A DNA stretch of 64,000 nucleotides from Methanocaldococcus sp. 16A (GTDB taxonomy: Archaea > AGJL01 > Methanococci > Methanococcales > Methanocaldococcaceae), in NCBI GenBank assembly GCA_049860595.1, contig CP187551.1, one strand, 5' to 3'. A program made the translations under genes and the position numbers. The first letter of the stretch is position 1, and every line of letters begins with the position of its first letter. This document shows, piece by piece, positions 1 through 10,298 of the stretch. The notes under the pieces are model-generated. The model saw nothing but the letters and a program-made list of their open reading frames with translations. It made no database searches and was not told the DNA's origin.

Positions 1-162
1 GATAATCCTAAATAATACAAAATTCCAGCCAAAATTTTAATCTCTATCGACTTCTTATTCCTTTTAACTATCTTCTCAATCTTTTCTTTTAACATTTCTA
101 TCGTAAGTTTCATATCTTCCTTTATTTGCACATATTTATTTAATCTTTATCTTGACAACCTC
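1..162 (-). mobile_element. IS6-family element, partial copy: transposase 5' end (start codon at 113) plus terminal inverted repeat 147-162; truncated by window edge
   Basis: Near-identical to 8701-8862 at an exact offset of 8700; ends in TTATCTTGACAACCTC. Confidence 0.9.
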
Positions 163-213
163 AAAAGAGAATTAAAAAATCTTTTTTATAAACAATTTTA
201 GATTATGATGAAA

Positions 214-781
214 GTTTTCATACCGAATCGGTCTGATTTTAATTGAAGTATATAAAGGTAAATATCAAAATCAAAGTGGGTTTTCATACCGAATCGGTCT
301 GATTTTAATAACGTGACAACATATCACGTAATAACCATTGAAGTGTACGAGTTTTCATACCGAATCGGTCTGATTTTAATTAAAAAAATAACAAACGCTG
401 AAACATGCTAAAATCCGTTTTCATACCGAATCGGTCTGATTTTAATAAAACAAAGCAGTAATTATCCTAAAAGGACAGGTTGGTTTTCATACCGAATCGG
501 TCTGATTTTAATCTCTATACATTCAGAAAAAACCTGGCTATCAACCTGAGTTTTCATACCGAATCGGTCTGATTTTAATTTGCATTCCAAATCATCACGG
601 GTGGAACAATTCGTTTTCATACCGAATCGGTCTGATTTTAATAGAGCTACACTCAAAAGAATAATGCAACACTATGTTGAGTTTTCATACCGAATCGGTC
701 TGATTTTAATTAGTAGTAATAATCTTCTCTCCAAGTTTCTCGAACCCAATCGTTTTCATACCGAATCGGTCTGATTTTAAT
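214..781 (-). CRISPR. CRISPR array, 9 identical 30-bp repeats and 8 spacers (33-41 bp); no cas genes in window
   Basis: Repeat GTTTTCATACCGAATCGGTCTGATTTTAAT at 214, 280, 351, 417, 483, 550, 613, 681, 752; reverse complement ATTAAAATCAGACCGATTCGGTATGAAAAC resembles Methanocaldococcus repeats. Confidence 0.98.
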
Positions 782-1140
782 AGGTAGCATTTTTTGAATT
801 AAATGAAATTAAGCATTTTTAGGGTTTTAATTTATGAGGTATATATTTCTACCACTCAATTACTTATTTCACTTATAAACCCACAACTAATATAAATACT
901 TTATGCATCCATAATAAAAAGCATAATAAAACATCTTAACTAAAAAATCAAACTATTTATTGGAGAAATTTCCTATAAAAAACAATAAACAAAAATCCCA
1001 TAAAAATCTTAATAATTTAATATGTCTAAGTAAATAAAATTTTTAAAATAAGCCACCCCTAGAAATTAGCTAAAAATACTTAAATCTAAAAAATATTCCT
1101 TTAAAAAGCTTTAAATTAAAAATAAAAAAAATTTTCAGCG
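782..1140 (-). promoter_or_regulatory. Putative CRISPR leader
   Basis: Long AT-rich non-coding tract on the 5' side of the minus-oriented repeats; TATA-like sequence near 889-901. Confidence 0.65.
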
Positions 1141-1161
1141 TGATAAATATCACTTAAATAT

Positions 1162-2451
1162 TTAATAGAATCTTAAATACTTAAACCCATCTCCATTATC
1201 AAAGCTGTAATGTATCTCAGAATATTCTTTAGCAAATTCTATAACATCTTCTTTAACTTTTTCTGGTTTTTCTTTATCAATGGCAATTCTTTTCATAAAC
1301 TCAGCAATTTCTTCCATTTCTTTCTCTTTCATCCCTAATCTTGTACATTCTTGCGTTCCTAATCTAATACCACTTGGATTATCTGAGTTATTTACATCAT
1401 CCCATGGTAATAAGTTTTTATTTAAAATTATGTTTGCCTCTTCATACATTTTAGCTAAATCACTTGCTGAAAATTCAATGTCTGGAGAGCTTTCTATATC
1501 AATAATTACTTGATGGCTTTCTGTAAAGTCTTTATGCTCACATAAAACATTAAATCCTCTTTCATACAACGCCTGAGCTAATGCTTTTGCATTTTTAATT
1601 ACTTGTTTAGCATAATCCTCTCCAAACTCTAACATTTCAGCTAAGGCAATAGCTAAACCTGCCTTATGATGCAAGTGATGATTACTAACTACTCCAGGGA
1701 ATACGTGAGTGTCTATCTTATCAGCATTCTCTTTTGTAGTTAAGATAATTCCTCCTTGAGGTCCAAAGAATGTTTTGTGAGTACTACCCATTAAATACTC
1801 AGCTCCCTCTCTTAATGGGTCTTGGAATTGTTTTCCAGCAATTAAACCAAGGACGTGAGCTCCATCGTAGGCTATTTTAGCTCCAACTTCTTGAGCTGCT
1901 TCATAAGCATCAGCTACTGGATGAGGGAATGGGAATAAAGAACCTCCAAACAATATCAGCTTTGGTTTTTCTTCTAAGATTTTCCTAACCATTGCATCTG
2001 CATCAATGTTCATCTCTTCTGGGTCGAATGGATGGTTTATAACTTTTAATCCTCTAATTCCAGCAGCACTAACTTTCCAGTGGCTTATATGCCCTCCATC
2101 TGGAACACTTAAAGCCATTAACTTATCTCCGGGCTTTGTTTCAGCAAAGAATACTGCCAAGTTAGCAACAACCCCACTTGTTGGCTGAACATTAGCATGT
2201 TCAGCTTTAAACAACTCTTTAGCTAATTCTATGCAGAGTGTTTCAACTTCATCTATATATTTACATCCTTGATATAATCTCTTTCCTGGCAATCCTTCAG
2301 CGTATCTATGCATAAAGTCAGTTGCACATGCCTCTCTAACAGCTAAACTTGTTATATTTTCACTTGCAATTAATTTTATACACTCTCTCATCCAATCGTG
2401 CTGTTTCATAGAAATTTCTCTAATAAATTTTGGAACATCTGAATATTTCAT
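1162..2451 (-). CDS. glyA: Serine hydroxymethyltransferase
   Basis: [26 protein letters not shown] and [15 protein letters not shown] motifs. Confidence 0.97.
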   Translation of the reverse strand: MKYSDVPKFIREISMKQHDWMRECIKLIASENITSLAVREACATDFMHRYAEGLPGKRLYQGCKYIDEVETLCIELAKELFKAEHANVQPTSGVVANLAVFFAETKPGDKLMALSVPDGGHISHWKVSAAGIRGLKVINHPFDPEEMNIDADAMVRKILEEKPKLILFGGSLFPFPHPVADAYEAAQEVGAKIAYDGAHVLGLIAGKQFQDPLREGAEYLMGSTHKTFFGPQGGIILTTKENADKIDTHVFPGVVSNHHLHHKAGLAIALAEMLEFGEDYAKQVIKNAKALAQALYERGFNVLCEHKDFTESHQVIIDIESSPDIEFSASDLAKMYEEANIILNKNLLPWDDVNNSDNPSGIRLGTQECTRLGMKEKEMEEIAEFMKRIAIDKEKPEKVKEDVIEFAKEYSEIHYSFDNGDGFKYLRFY

Positions 2452-2514
2452 TATTATCCCTCCTGGTTATTTTTTAATGTTGATGAGTAATACTTTTGTA
2501 GTATTGGTTATAGT

Positions 2515-2610
2515 TATAGTTTTTTACAAAATAAATAAAACTTTATAAGGAAATTTAAATGTCTTCTAAATGGAAGACATTCGTTAATGCTTTAATTGCA
2601 CAAAACTATA
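2515..2610. repeat. Palindromic ~100-bp repeat element, family B (degenerate copy)
   Basis: TATAGTT...AACTATA ends; central hairpin AATGTCTTC/GAAGACATT; similar to 34228-34339. Confidence 0.75.
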
Positions 2611-2754
2611 ATCATCAAAACTTATTTAAATATAACTTATTTAAATATAATAAGGAACTTATTTGGATTTTATATCAATACCTTTTAAAGTGAAATTTAT
2701 TTGATGATTGACTATAAAAATATCTTCAAGCTATAAAAGTTTTTGGTGCTGTCT

Positions 2755-3801
2755 ATGATGAAGGTGTGTGTCATAGAAGGAGATGGAATAGGAAAAGAAG
2801 TAATTCCAATAGCTGTGAAAATATTAAATGAGCTTGGAGATTTTGAAATAATAGAAGGAGAAGCTGGATTAGAATGTTTAAAAAAATATAACACAGCTTT
2901 ACCAGAAGAAACAATAGAGAAAGCCAAAGAAGCGGATGTTATTTTATTTGGTGCTATAACATCTCCAAAACCAGGAGAAGTTAAAAATTATAAAAGCCCA
3001 ATAATAACTCTAAGAAAATTATTTGATTTATATGCCAATGTAAGACCAATTAACAACTTTGGGATTGGGCAGTTAATTGGGAGAATTGCGGATTATGAAT
3101 TCTTAAATGTTAGAAATATTGATATGGTTATTATTAGAGAAAATACAGAAGATTTATATGTTGGAAGAGAAAAGTTGGAAAATGGAATGGCAGTAGCTGA
3201 AAGGGTTATAACAAAAAAAGGTAGTGAAAGAATAATAAAATTTGCATTTGAATATGCAATAAAAAATAATAGAAAGAAAGTATCTTGCATACATAAAGCA
3301 AACGTCTTAAGAATCACTGATGGGTTATTCTTAGAAGTTTTTAATGAAATAAAAAAATATTATGAAATAGAGGCAGATGATTATTTAGTTGATTCAACAG
3401 CCATGAATTTAATAAAAAATCCTGAAAAGTTTGATGTTATTGTTACAACAAATATGTTTGGGGATATTTTATCAGATGAAGCTTCTGCATTGATTGGAGG
3501 TTTAGGATTAGCTCCATCAGCCAATATAGGGGAAGATAAAGCATTATTTGAGCCAGTGCATGGTTCAGCTCCAGATATAGCTGGAAAAGGCATAGCAAAT
3601 CCAATGGCATCTATCTTGAGTGTAGCTATGCTATTTGATTATATTGGAGAGAAAGAAAAAGGAGATTTAATTAGAGAGGCAGTTAAATACTGTCTAATAA
3701 ATAAAAAAGTTACTCCTGATTTAGGAGGAAATTTAAAGACAAAAGATGTAGGAAATGAAATTCTAAATTACATTAGAAATAAATTAAAGGGATATAAATG
3801 A
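2755..3801 (+). CDS. aksF: Homoisocitrate dehydrogenase (isocitrate/isopropylmalate dehydrogenase family)
   Basis: GDGIGKEV, NMFGDILSD, EPVHGSAPDIAG; sequence and context match the recalled methanogen AksF. Confidence 0.85.
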   Translation: MMKVCVIEGDGIGKEVIPIAVKILNELGDFEIIEGEAGLECLKKYNTALPEETIEKAKEADVILFGAITSPKPGEVKNYKSPIITLRKLFDLYANVRPINNFGIGQLIGRIADYEFLNVRNIDMVIIRENTEDLYVGREKLENGMAVAERVITKKGSERIIKFAFEYAIKNNRKKVSCIHKANVLRITDGLFLEVFNEIKKYYEIEADDYLVDSTAMNLIKNPEKFDVIVTTNMFGDILSDEASALIGGLGLAPSANIGEDKALFEPVHGSAPDIAGKGIANPMASILSVAMLFDYIGEKEKGDLIREAVKYCLINKKVTPDLGGNLKTKDVGNEILNYIRNKLKGYK

Positions 3802-4802
3802 AAATAAAAATTACCAAATCTTCCATTCTTTTTATCCTTAGCATTGCTTTTATATTAATTTTAATGGCATATATTGGAATATACGAAATATTCCAAATAT
3901 TAATTAGTGCAAATCCAATCTATATAATATTGACAATTATTCTGCAAATAGTTATTTCAATATTATTGGCTTTAAGATGGAGATATATAACAAATATTTT
4001 GGGATACAAAGCATCGATGAAAAACCTATTTTTACTTATTTTAATGGGGCTGTTTATTAATAATATCACCCCATCTATGAGGGGGGGAGGGGAGGCGTTT
4101 AGAGCTTACTATTTATCAAAACTTGAAAAGATTCCAAAAGGTTTAGCATTTTCTACAGTGGTGGTTGAGAGAGTTTTAGATACCTCCATATTTTTATTTT
4201 TCACATTATTTGTGATTGGATACTTTGTAGTTACAGGATTTAAGTATCTTGAATATCTCATTCTTTCATGGATTTTTTTGTTTTCTCTAACTGTAGTAGT
4301 TATTTATTTAATAGCAAATAAAAAACTTCTAATTAAGACAGTTACAAAAATATCAAAGTTTATTTGCAAATACTGCTCATACAATTACGATGAAGAAAAA
4401 ATACTAAAATCTATTGATGAATTCTACAACAGCATGAGATTTTTTAAAAATAAGAGAGGTAGAGAAGTTTATATTGCCATAATTTTATCTGTAGGTTGGT
4501 ATGTCCTTGATATCCTAAAGTTGTGGTTGTTATTTTTATCTCTGCCTTATATAGTCTCTATTGTGAGTGTAGCCGCGGTATATTTGATAACTCTTTTATC
4601 AGGGGTTTTATCCATAACTCCAAGTGGTTTTGGTACTGCTGATACGGTAATGATACTTTCTTTTACTGCTTTTAAAATTCCTCCCTCAGTAGCTGCAGCA
4701 GTTACATTATTGGATAGATTTGTATCCTATGTAATCCCAACACTTCTTGGTTATATTGCCATGTTGATTATAAAAAAAGAGCTTGATAAGAAAAAAGTAT
4801 AA
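3798..4802 (+). CDS. UPF0104 / LPG-synthase-TM (flippase-like) membrane protein
   Basis: Multi-TM; NNITPSxxGGGE and TPSGFG motifs. Confidence 0.8.
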   Translation: MKIKITKSSILFILSIAFILILMAYIGIYEIFQILISANPIYIILTIILQIVISILLALRWRYITNILGYKASMKNLFLLILMGLFINNITPSMRGGGEAFRAYYLSKLEKIPKGLAFSTVVVERVLDTSIFLFFTLFVIGYFVVTGFKYLEYLILSWIFLFSLTVVVIYLIANKKLLIKTVTKISKFICKYCSYNYDEEKILKSIDEFYNSMRFFKNKRGREVYIAIILSVGWYVLDILKLWLLFLSLPYIVSIVSVAAVYLITLLSGVLSITPSGFGTADTVMILSFTAFKIPPSVAAAVTLLDRFVSYVIPTLLGYIAMLIIKKELDKKKV

Positions 4803-4853
4803 TAGCCTCTTAATTTTTATTTCAACCTGTAATCCTTTAAAAAGTTATTCTTG

Positions 4854-5489
4854 CTATTTAATATACTTTAAAATCTCTCTTAAATCCCTCTTCTCTATAC
4901 AAATATCTGCTTTCTCTTTTAAAATTGGCTTAGCACAAAAAGCAATTTTTAAGCCAGCTTTTTTAAACATACTTATGTCATTAGCTCCATCTCCTACAGC
5001 AACAGTATCTTCCAATTTTATTCCTTCAATTTTGGCTATCTTCTCTAAAATTTCTCCCTTAGCATTTTCTTTTAAAACCTCTCCTTCAACTTCTCCAGTT
5101 AGTTTTCCATCTTTAACAATTAACCTATTTGCAAAAGCATAATCTAATCCTAATTTTTCTTTAATTTTATTAACCGCAATATCAAAACCTCCACTAACAA
5201 CAGCAACAACATAACCTCTATTTTTTAGCTCTTTTATAGTTTCTTCAGCTCCTTCAGTTGGTGTTATTCTTTCAATAGCTTTTTCAACCTTTTCAATTGG
5301 AAGGTCTTTTAATAAACTAACTCTTTTTCTTAATGATTGCTCAAAATTTAATTTCCCTTCCATCGCTTCTTTTGTTATCCTCTTAACTTCTTCCTCAACT
5401 CCAGCCTCTCTTGCAATTTCATCAATAGTCTCATTATTAACCAATGTGCTATCAAAATCAAATAAAATAAGCTTTTTCTTCTTCTCCAT
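4854..5489 (-). CDS. serB: Phosphoserine phosphatase
   Basis: HAD motifs DFDSTL, VSGGF, GDGAND. Confidence 0.95.
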   Translation of the reverse strand: MEKKKKLILFDFDSTLVNNETIDEIAREAGVEEEVKRITKEAMEGKLNFEQSLRKRVSLLKDLPIEKVEKAIERITPTEGAEETIKELKNRGYVVAVVSGGFDIAVNKIKEKLGLDYAFANRLIVKDGKLTGEVEGEVLKENAKGEILEKIAKIEGIKLEDTVAVGDGANDISMFKKAGLKIAFCAKPILKEKADICIEKRDLREILKYIK

Positions 5490-5557
5490 TCAATCACCAA
5501 CTTTAAAAATTTTAAAATTAAGTAAATTTTAATAAAAAAAGTTTAAAATAAAATTAA

Positions 5558-5809
5558 TTATTCAATTTTCTCAACTTTTATCTCATAATCATGGATTACA
5601 GGGTTTGCTAAGAGCTTTTTACACATCTCTTCAACTTCTTCTTTAACTTTTTCTTCATTTTCTCCTTCCATTATTATATCAATCATCTTGTATGTTTGGA
5701 CTTCTTTGACATTATTAAATCCTAAAAAGTTTAATGCCCTCTGTATTGTCCTACCTTCAGGGTTTAAAACTCCTTTTTTTAGTTTTATTATAACTGTTGC
5801 TTTAAACAT
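5558..5809 (-). CDS. purS: FGAM synthase subunit PurS
   Basis: VLNPEG and LLANPVI motifs. Confidence 0.95.
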   Translation of the reverse strand: MFKATVIIKLKKGVLNPEGRTIQRALNFLGFNNVKEVQTYKMIDIIMEGENEEKVKEEVEEMCKKLLANPVIHDYEIKVEKIE

Positions 5810-5828
5810 ATATTTCACCATTTAAATA

Positions 5829-6557
5829 TTATAACAAACCTAATCTCTCAGCGACAATTCTATATTTTGCAATAACATCTCCTAAATCTTTTCTAAATAC
5901 ATCCTTATCTAACACATCTCTTGTTTCTTTGTCCCACAATCTCATAGTATCTGGGCTTATTTCATCTGCAACCACTAAATTGCCATCTTTATCTCTACCA
6001 ATTTCAATTTTGAAGTCAACTAATATTATGCCTTTCTCATCAAATAATTTCTTTAAAGCCTCATTAACTTTTAGAGCAATTTCTTTAATCTTGTTTAATT
6101 CCTCTCTTGTAGCTAAACCTAAAGCTACGGCAATGTCTTCATTTAACATTGGGTCTCCATACTCATCATTTTTGTAATCAAATTGAACAATTGGAAATGG
6201 CAATTCTTTTCCTTCTTCAAAAGGATATCTTCTGCATAAGCTTCCTGCAGCTATATTTCTAACTATAACTTCTATTGGTACAATCTCAACCTTTTTAGCT
6301 ACCATGTATCTTGGTTCTATATACTTTATGTAGTGGGTCTCTATCCCATTTTCTTCCAAAACTTCAAATAATTTTGATGAAATTAGGGCGTTTAAATACC
6401 CTTTATTCTCTTTAACATCATGCTTAGCTCCATTTCCAGCTGTTATATCATCTCTAAACTCAATTAAAACTTTATCCTCATCAATTTCATAGATAGACTT
6501 TGCTTTTCCACTGTATAGTGGCTGCTTTTTTAATATTTCTTCCAATTTTATCTCCAT
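5829..6557 (-). CDS. purC: SAICAR synthetase
   Basis: GKAK, PIEVIVRN, LVDFKIE, DEISPDTMRLWD. Confidence 0.97.
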   Translation of the reverse strand: MEIKLEEILKKQPLYSGKAKSIYEIDEDKVLIEFRDDITAGNGAKHDVKENKGYLNALISSKLFEVLEENGIETHYIKYIEPRYMVAKKVEIVPIEVIVRNIAAGSLCRRYPFEEGKELPFPIVQFDYKNDEYGDPMLNEDIAVALGLATREELNKIKEIALKVNEALKKLFDEKGIILVDFKIEIGRDKDGNLVVADEISPDTMRLWDKETRDVLDKDVFRKDLGDVIAKYRIVAERLGLL

Positions 6558-6696
6558 ACTTTCCCACCTAAAGAAGTTTATTGAGTTATAATCTTAAATT
6601 TAATTACTTTTATGGCAAAATAGTTTAACTTAAATGTAATATAAATGTAATATAAAAATTTTAGCTTAATAGGAACAAAAAAGATATTAAAGATTT

Positions 6697-6732
6697 TCGA
6701 TGTGCCTCCCTTAAACGGGTTCGGCACATCGA
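6697..6732 (-). promoter_or_regulatory. Archaeal SECIS element in the selD 3' UTR
   Basis: mRNA UCGAUGUGCC-GAA-CCC-GUUUAA-GGG-A-GGCACAUCGA: 10-bp stem, GAA/A internal loop, three C-G pairs. Confidence 0.93.
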
Positions 6733-6786
6733 CTAAAGACGTTTTTACATAGAATCTTTAATGGAGATGAACTGCCCAGCACCGAG

Positions 6787-7836
6787 TTAGACTTCAACTA
6801 TTTCAACATCTTTACTTAAAATTGCCTTTCCTTTACATTTTTTCTTTACTTTTCCAACCTCAAAAGCATAACATTTAGCTTTCTCCAACTCATCAATTAA
6901 ATCATCTTTATACTCTTTTTTTGCTGATATTAATAATCCTCCTGCAGTTTCTGCTCCATAACCTTCCAATAATGCATGACCAAATAATTTACTCAACTCA
7001 GGAGTCTTTTTTATGCATGGTAAAGTATGGATTTCTATTAAAACATTGCTGTTCTTAGCCATTTCATTTGAATGCCCTAATAGACCAAATCCAGTAATAT
7101 CTGTTAAGGCATTTGCTATTTTATCTCCAACTCTTTCTTCTGCTTTTCTTAAAGCCATTAATCCATATCTATTTGATGTAGTCATTATTTCTATTGCTTT
7201 ATCTATAATGTATTTTTCCTCCTCATAAGTAATGTCGATTAAATTTTTGAATTCCTCAGGAATTCTTGATAACGCCATCGCTGTTTGAGTACCTAATGGT
7301 TTTGTTAATATTAAAATATCTCCTTCCTTAGCTCCACTTTTTGTTAAAACTTCTTCTTCTCTCCCAACGCCAGTAACTGCACCTCCAATCAAAGGCCATG
7401 GGTTTAGTATAGTATGCCCACCAACTATTGAGGTTTTATTTTCTCTACAAAAGTCTTGAAATCCTTTTAACATTTCCCTAACTATTTGTATTGGAAGTTT
7501 TTCAGGAATTCCAACAATTGCTAAAACACCTACTATATCTAATAATCCCATAGCGTAGATATCGCTTGTTGAATTACAGGCAGCTATCTTTCCTTGTATA
7601 TATGGATTATCAACAATCGGTGTGAAAACATCTACTGTCTTTGCAATAACTAATCCATTTCTTTTAATTACTGATGCATCATCTCCTAATCCAACCAAAA
7701 TATTTTTGTCTGATAAATCCTCTTCATTAACTATTCCTTTAACTAAATATTCTAACTCGGTGCTGGGCAGTTTACAAGCTCATCCATGTAATTTAACCAA
7801 TTCAGTTAATTTTATTTTTTCATCTGCTTTTTCCAT
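6787..7836 (-). CDS. selD: Selenophosphate synthetase, selenoprotein (in-frame UGA = Sec19 at 7782-7780), 349 aa
   Basis: Frame extends through TGA to ATG at 7836: MEKADEKIKLTELVKLHG-U-ACKLPS; GDDA, TVDVFTP, DITGFGLLGH motifs; SECIS downstream. Confidence 0.96.
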
Positions 7837-8151
7837 ATTTTCACCAGTGAAAGTTATAAATTTATAAACATAACCAATAACCAATTCTATTAATAAATTT
7901 GATGAGCTATAAAATACTACCAATTAGAATTTCTAATAACCTTTGAGTTATTAAGGTTTTATATTCTTCAAAATACCATAAAGATGTTAAGAAATAGCTC
8001 ACAATTGCATTTGCAAAAAGCTTTGTCATCATTGGAAAGGATTTACCAAGCATTTACAAAAATCATGTGAGAAAGAGAATTATAAAAATCCAAAGACACT
8101 TTTATATATTTTGAAAGCTTATTATCAAGGTATTTTATGTTTAGATAGAGG

Positions 8152-8862
8152 GACGATGTCAAGATAAGACGATGTCAAGATAAGGAGAGAAAGAAGTTAT
8201 AGAAAGAGGAGAAAGATACGAGCCAGCTAATGACGGTTGAGAATTTAGTATTACTTGGGAATCGATTATAGAAAGATTTAGTTCTTCGTTTGAGTAGGGA
8301 AAAGAAACTTTCGACACAATTTCTTAAACCGAATCGAACTCTTTCGAATTTTAGTCCTAATCTTTGCAGTGCCCACGGATACCATTTGCCACCATCGACT
8401 AAAATCTTTGGTTTATTCGAGCAAAATTTTAATATATTTTTTACGAATAAGATTGTATCGAGGTAGCATCTTGTTTTAGAGACATAGATACCTAAACATT
8501 CTTTAGAACCCACATCGATAGCAGACCATACATAAATAGTTTCATTTCCAATCTTTAGTTTAGTTTCATCGATTGCTATTAGGTTTCTTGTCTTTCTTTC
8601 AGGCTCGTTTAAAATCTCCTTAATCTTGTGATAATATGTTCTAACCGATTCATGACTTATACTTTCAAATTGAGAAAGAAACAAACTAACCTTTCTTAAC
8701 GATAATCCTAAATAATACAAAATTCCAGCTAAAATTTTAATCTCTATCGACTTCTTATTCCTTTTAACTATCTTCTTAATCCCTTCCTTTAACATTTCTA
8801 TCGTAAGTTTCATATCTTCCTTTATTTACACATATTTATTTAATCTTTATCTTGACAGTCTC
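8152..8862 (-). mobile_element. IS6-family insertion sequence
   Basis: Imperfect 16-bp terminal IRs with core TGTCAAGATAA/TTATCTTGACA; flanking direct repeat AGATAGAGG at 8143-8151 and 8863-8871. Confidence 0.92.
8175..8813 (-). CDS. IS6/IS240-type DDE transposase, 212 aa
   Basis: [39 protein letters not shown]. Confidence 0.92.
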   Translation of the reverse strand: MKLTIEMLKEGIKKIVKRNKKSIEIKILAGILYYLGLSLRKVSLFLSQFESISHESVRTYYHKIKEILNEPERKTRNLIAIDETKLKIGNETIYVWSAIDVGSKECLGIYVSKTRCYLDTILFVKNILKFCSNKPKILVDGGKWYPWALQRLGLKFERVRFGLRNCVESFFSLLKRRTKSFYNRFPSNTKFSTVISWLVSFSSFYNFFLSLS

Positions 8863-9132
8863 AGATAGAGGGGATTTTAAACCAGAATTTAACTTATTCA
8901 AACGCTTAGATTGCCATGATGATGGGATTGTAAATTATTTGTTTGAATGCAAAATAAATAAAAAAGATATCGACGGGCAATATAAAGAAAAGATAAAAAA
9001 TCATTTTTGTGAATTGGATTTATTGTTGGATGAGAGTTATAAAAACTCCAATATAAGAAATGAGCCATCAAAAACTATAAAAATTAGAGCAATTGAGCTT
9101 TATAAAAAGCTATATTTTGAGGATGTGAGAGA

Positions 9133-10260
9133 ATGATAAGCAGTAGATGTAAGAATATAAAACCATCAGCAATTAGAGAAATATTTAATTTAGCAACCTC
9201 TGACTGTATAAATTTGGGTATTGGAGAGCTAGATTTTGATACTCCAAAACATATTATTGAGGAAGCAAAAAAAGCATTGGATGAATGTAAAACTCATTAC
9301 TCCCCAAATAATGGAATTCCAGAGCTTAGAGAAGAGATAAGTAACAAATTAAAGAAAGATTATAATTTAGATGTTGATAAAGACAATATTATCGTAACCT
9401 GTGGAGCTTCAGAGGCGTTAATGCTTTCCATTATGACTTTGGTTGATAGAGGGGATGAGGTTTTAATCCCAAATCCATCTTTTGTGTCTTACTTTTCATT
9501 GACAGAGTTTGCTGAGGGGAAGATTAAGAGTATAAATTTAGATGATAATTTTGATATTGATTTAGAGCAAGTTAAGGAATCAATAACCAAAAAAACAAAA
9601 TTAATAATCTTTAACTCTCCAGCAAACCCTACAGGAAAGGTTTATGATAAAGAAACTATTAAAGGATTGGCTGAAATTGCTGAAGATTACAATTTAATTA
9701 TTGTCTCAGATGAGGTCTATGATAAGATTATATATGAGAAGAAGCACTACTCACCAATGCAATTTACTGATAGATGTATATTAATTAATGGATTTTCTAA
9801 AACCTATGCTATGACTGGCTGGAGAATTGGTTATTTAGCAGTTTCTGATAATTTAAATAAAGAGTTGAATTTAATCAACAATATGATAAAAATACACCAA
9901 TACAGCTTTGCCTGTGCCACTACTTTTGCTCAATATGGTGCTTTATCTGCCTTAAGAGGTAGTCAAAGATGTGTTGAAGAGATGGTTAATGAATTTAGAA
10001 AAAGGAGAGATTTAATTTATAAGGGGTTAAAGGATATTTTTAAAGTTAATAAACCTGATGGAGCTTTTTACATATTCCCAAATGTGTCTGAGTATGGGGA
10101 TGGAGTAGAGGTTGCTAAAAAGTTAATTGAAAATAAAGTTTTATGTGTTCCGGGAATTGCGTTTGGTGAAAATGGAGCTAATTATATTAGGTTTAGTTAT
10201 GCTACAAAATATGAAGATATCGAAAAAGCTATTGAGATAATAAAAAAGATTTTTATTTAA
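9133..10260 (+). CDS. Class I/II PLP-dependent (aspartate-type) aminotransferase
   Basis: NSPANPTG, SDEVY, GFSKTYAMTGWRIG, IRFSY. Confidence 0.93.
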   Translation: MISSRCKNIKPSAIREIFNLATSDCINLGIGELDFDTPKHIIEEAKKALDECKTHYSPNNGIPELREEISNKLKKDYNLDVDKDNIIVTCGASEALMLSIMTLVDRGDEVLIPNPSFVSYFSLTEFAEGKIKSINLDDNFDIDLEQVKESITKKTKLIIFNSPANPTGKVYDKETIKGLAEIAEDYNLIIVSDEVYDKIIYEKKHYSPMQFTDRCILINGFSKTYAMTGWRIGYLAVSDNLNKELNLINNMIKIHQYSFACATTFAQYGALSALRGSQRCVEEMVNEFRKRRDLIYKGLKDIFKVNKPDGAFYIFPNVSEYGDGVEVAKKLIENKVLCVPGIAFGENGANYIRFSYATKYEDIEKAIEIIKKIFI

Positions 10261-10298
10261 ATCTGAATAAGATTTTTAGCATTATACTTTACATGAAT

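Larger units (their letters stand above)
7960..9136 (+). pseudogene. Degraded gene split by the IS at 8152-8862; probable nucleotidyltransferase-family protein
   Basis: Frame ...KKLCHHWKGF...PKTLLYILKAYYQGILCLDR (7991-8150) rejoins GDFKPEFN... after the IS target duplication; 5' part has stops/frameshift; family call is inference. Confidence 0.6.

Noticed and set aside
462-774. Two short ORFs (462-656, 580-774)
   Set aside because: Translations of CRISPR repeats and spacers.
7699-7836. selD as a truncated gene or pseudogene
   Set aside because: The TGA sits in the catalytic G-U-A-C-K motif and a SECIS and tRNA-Sec are present, so it is selenocysteine.
8852-9136. Independent 94-aa gene
   Set aside because: Its start codon lies inside the IS end; it is the 3' half of the interrupted gene.
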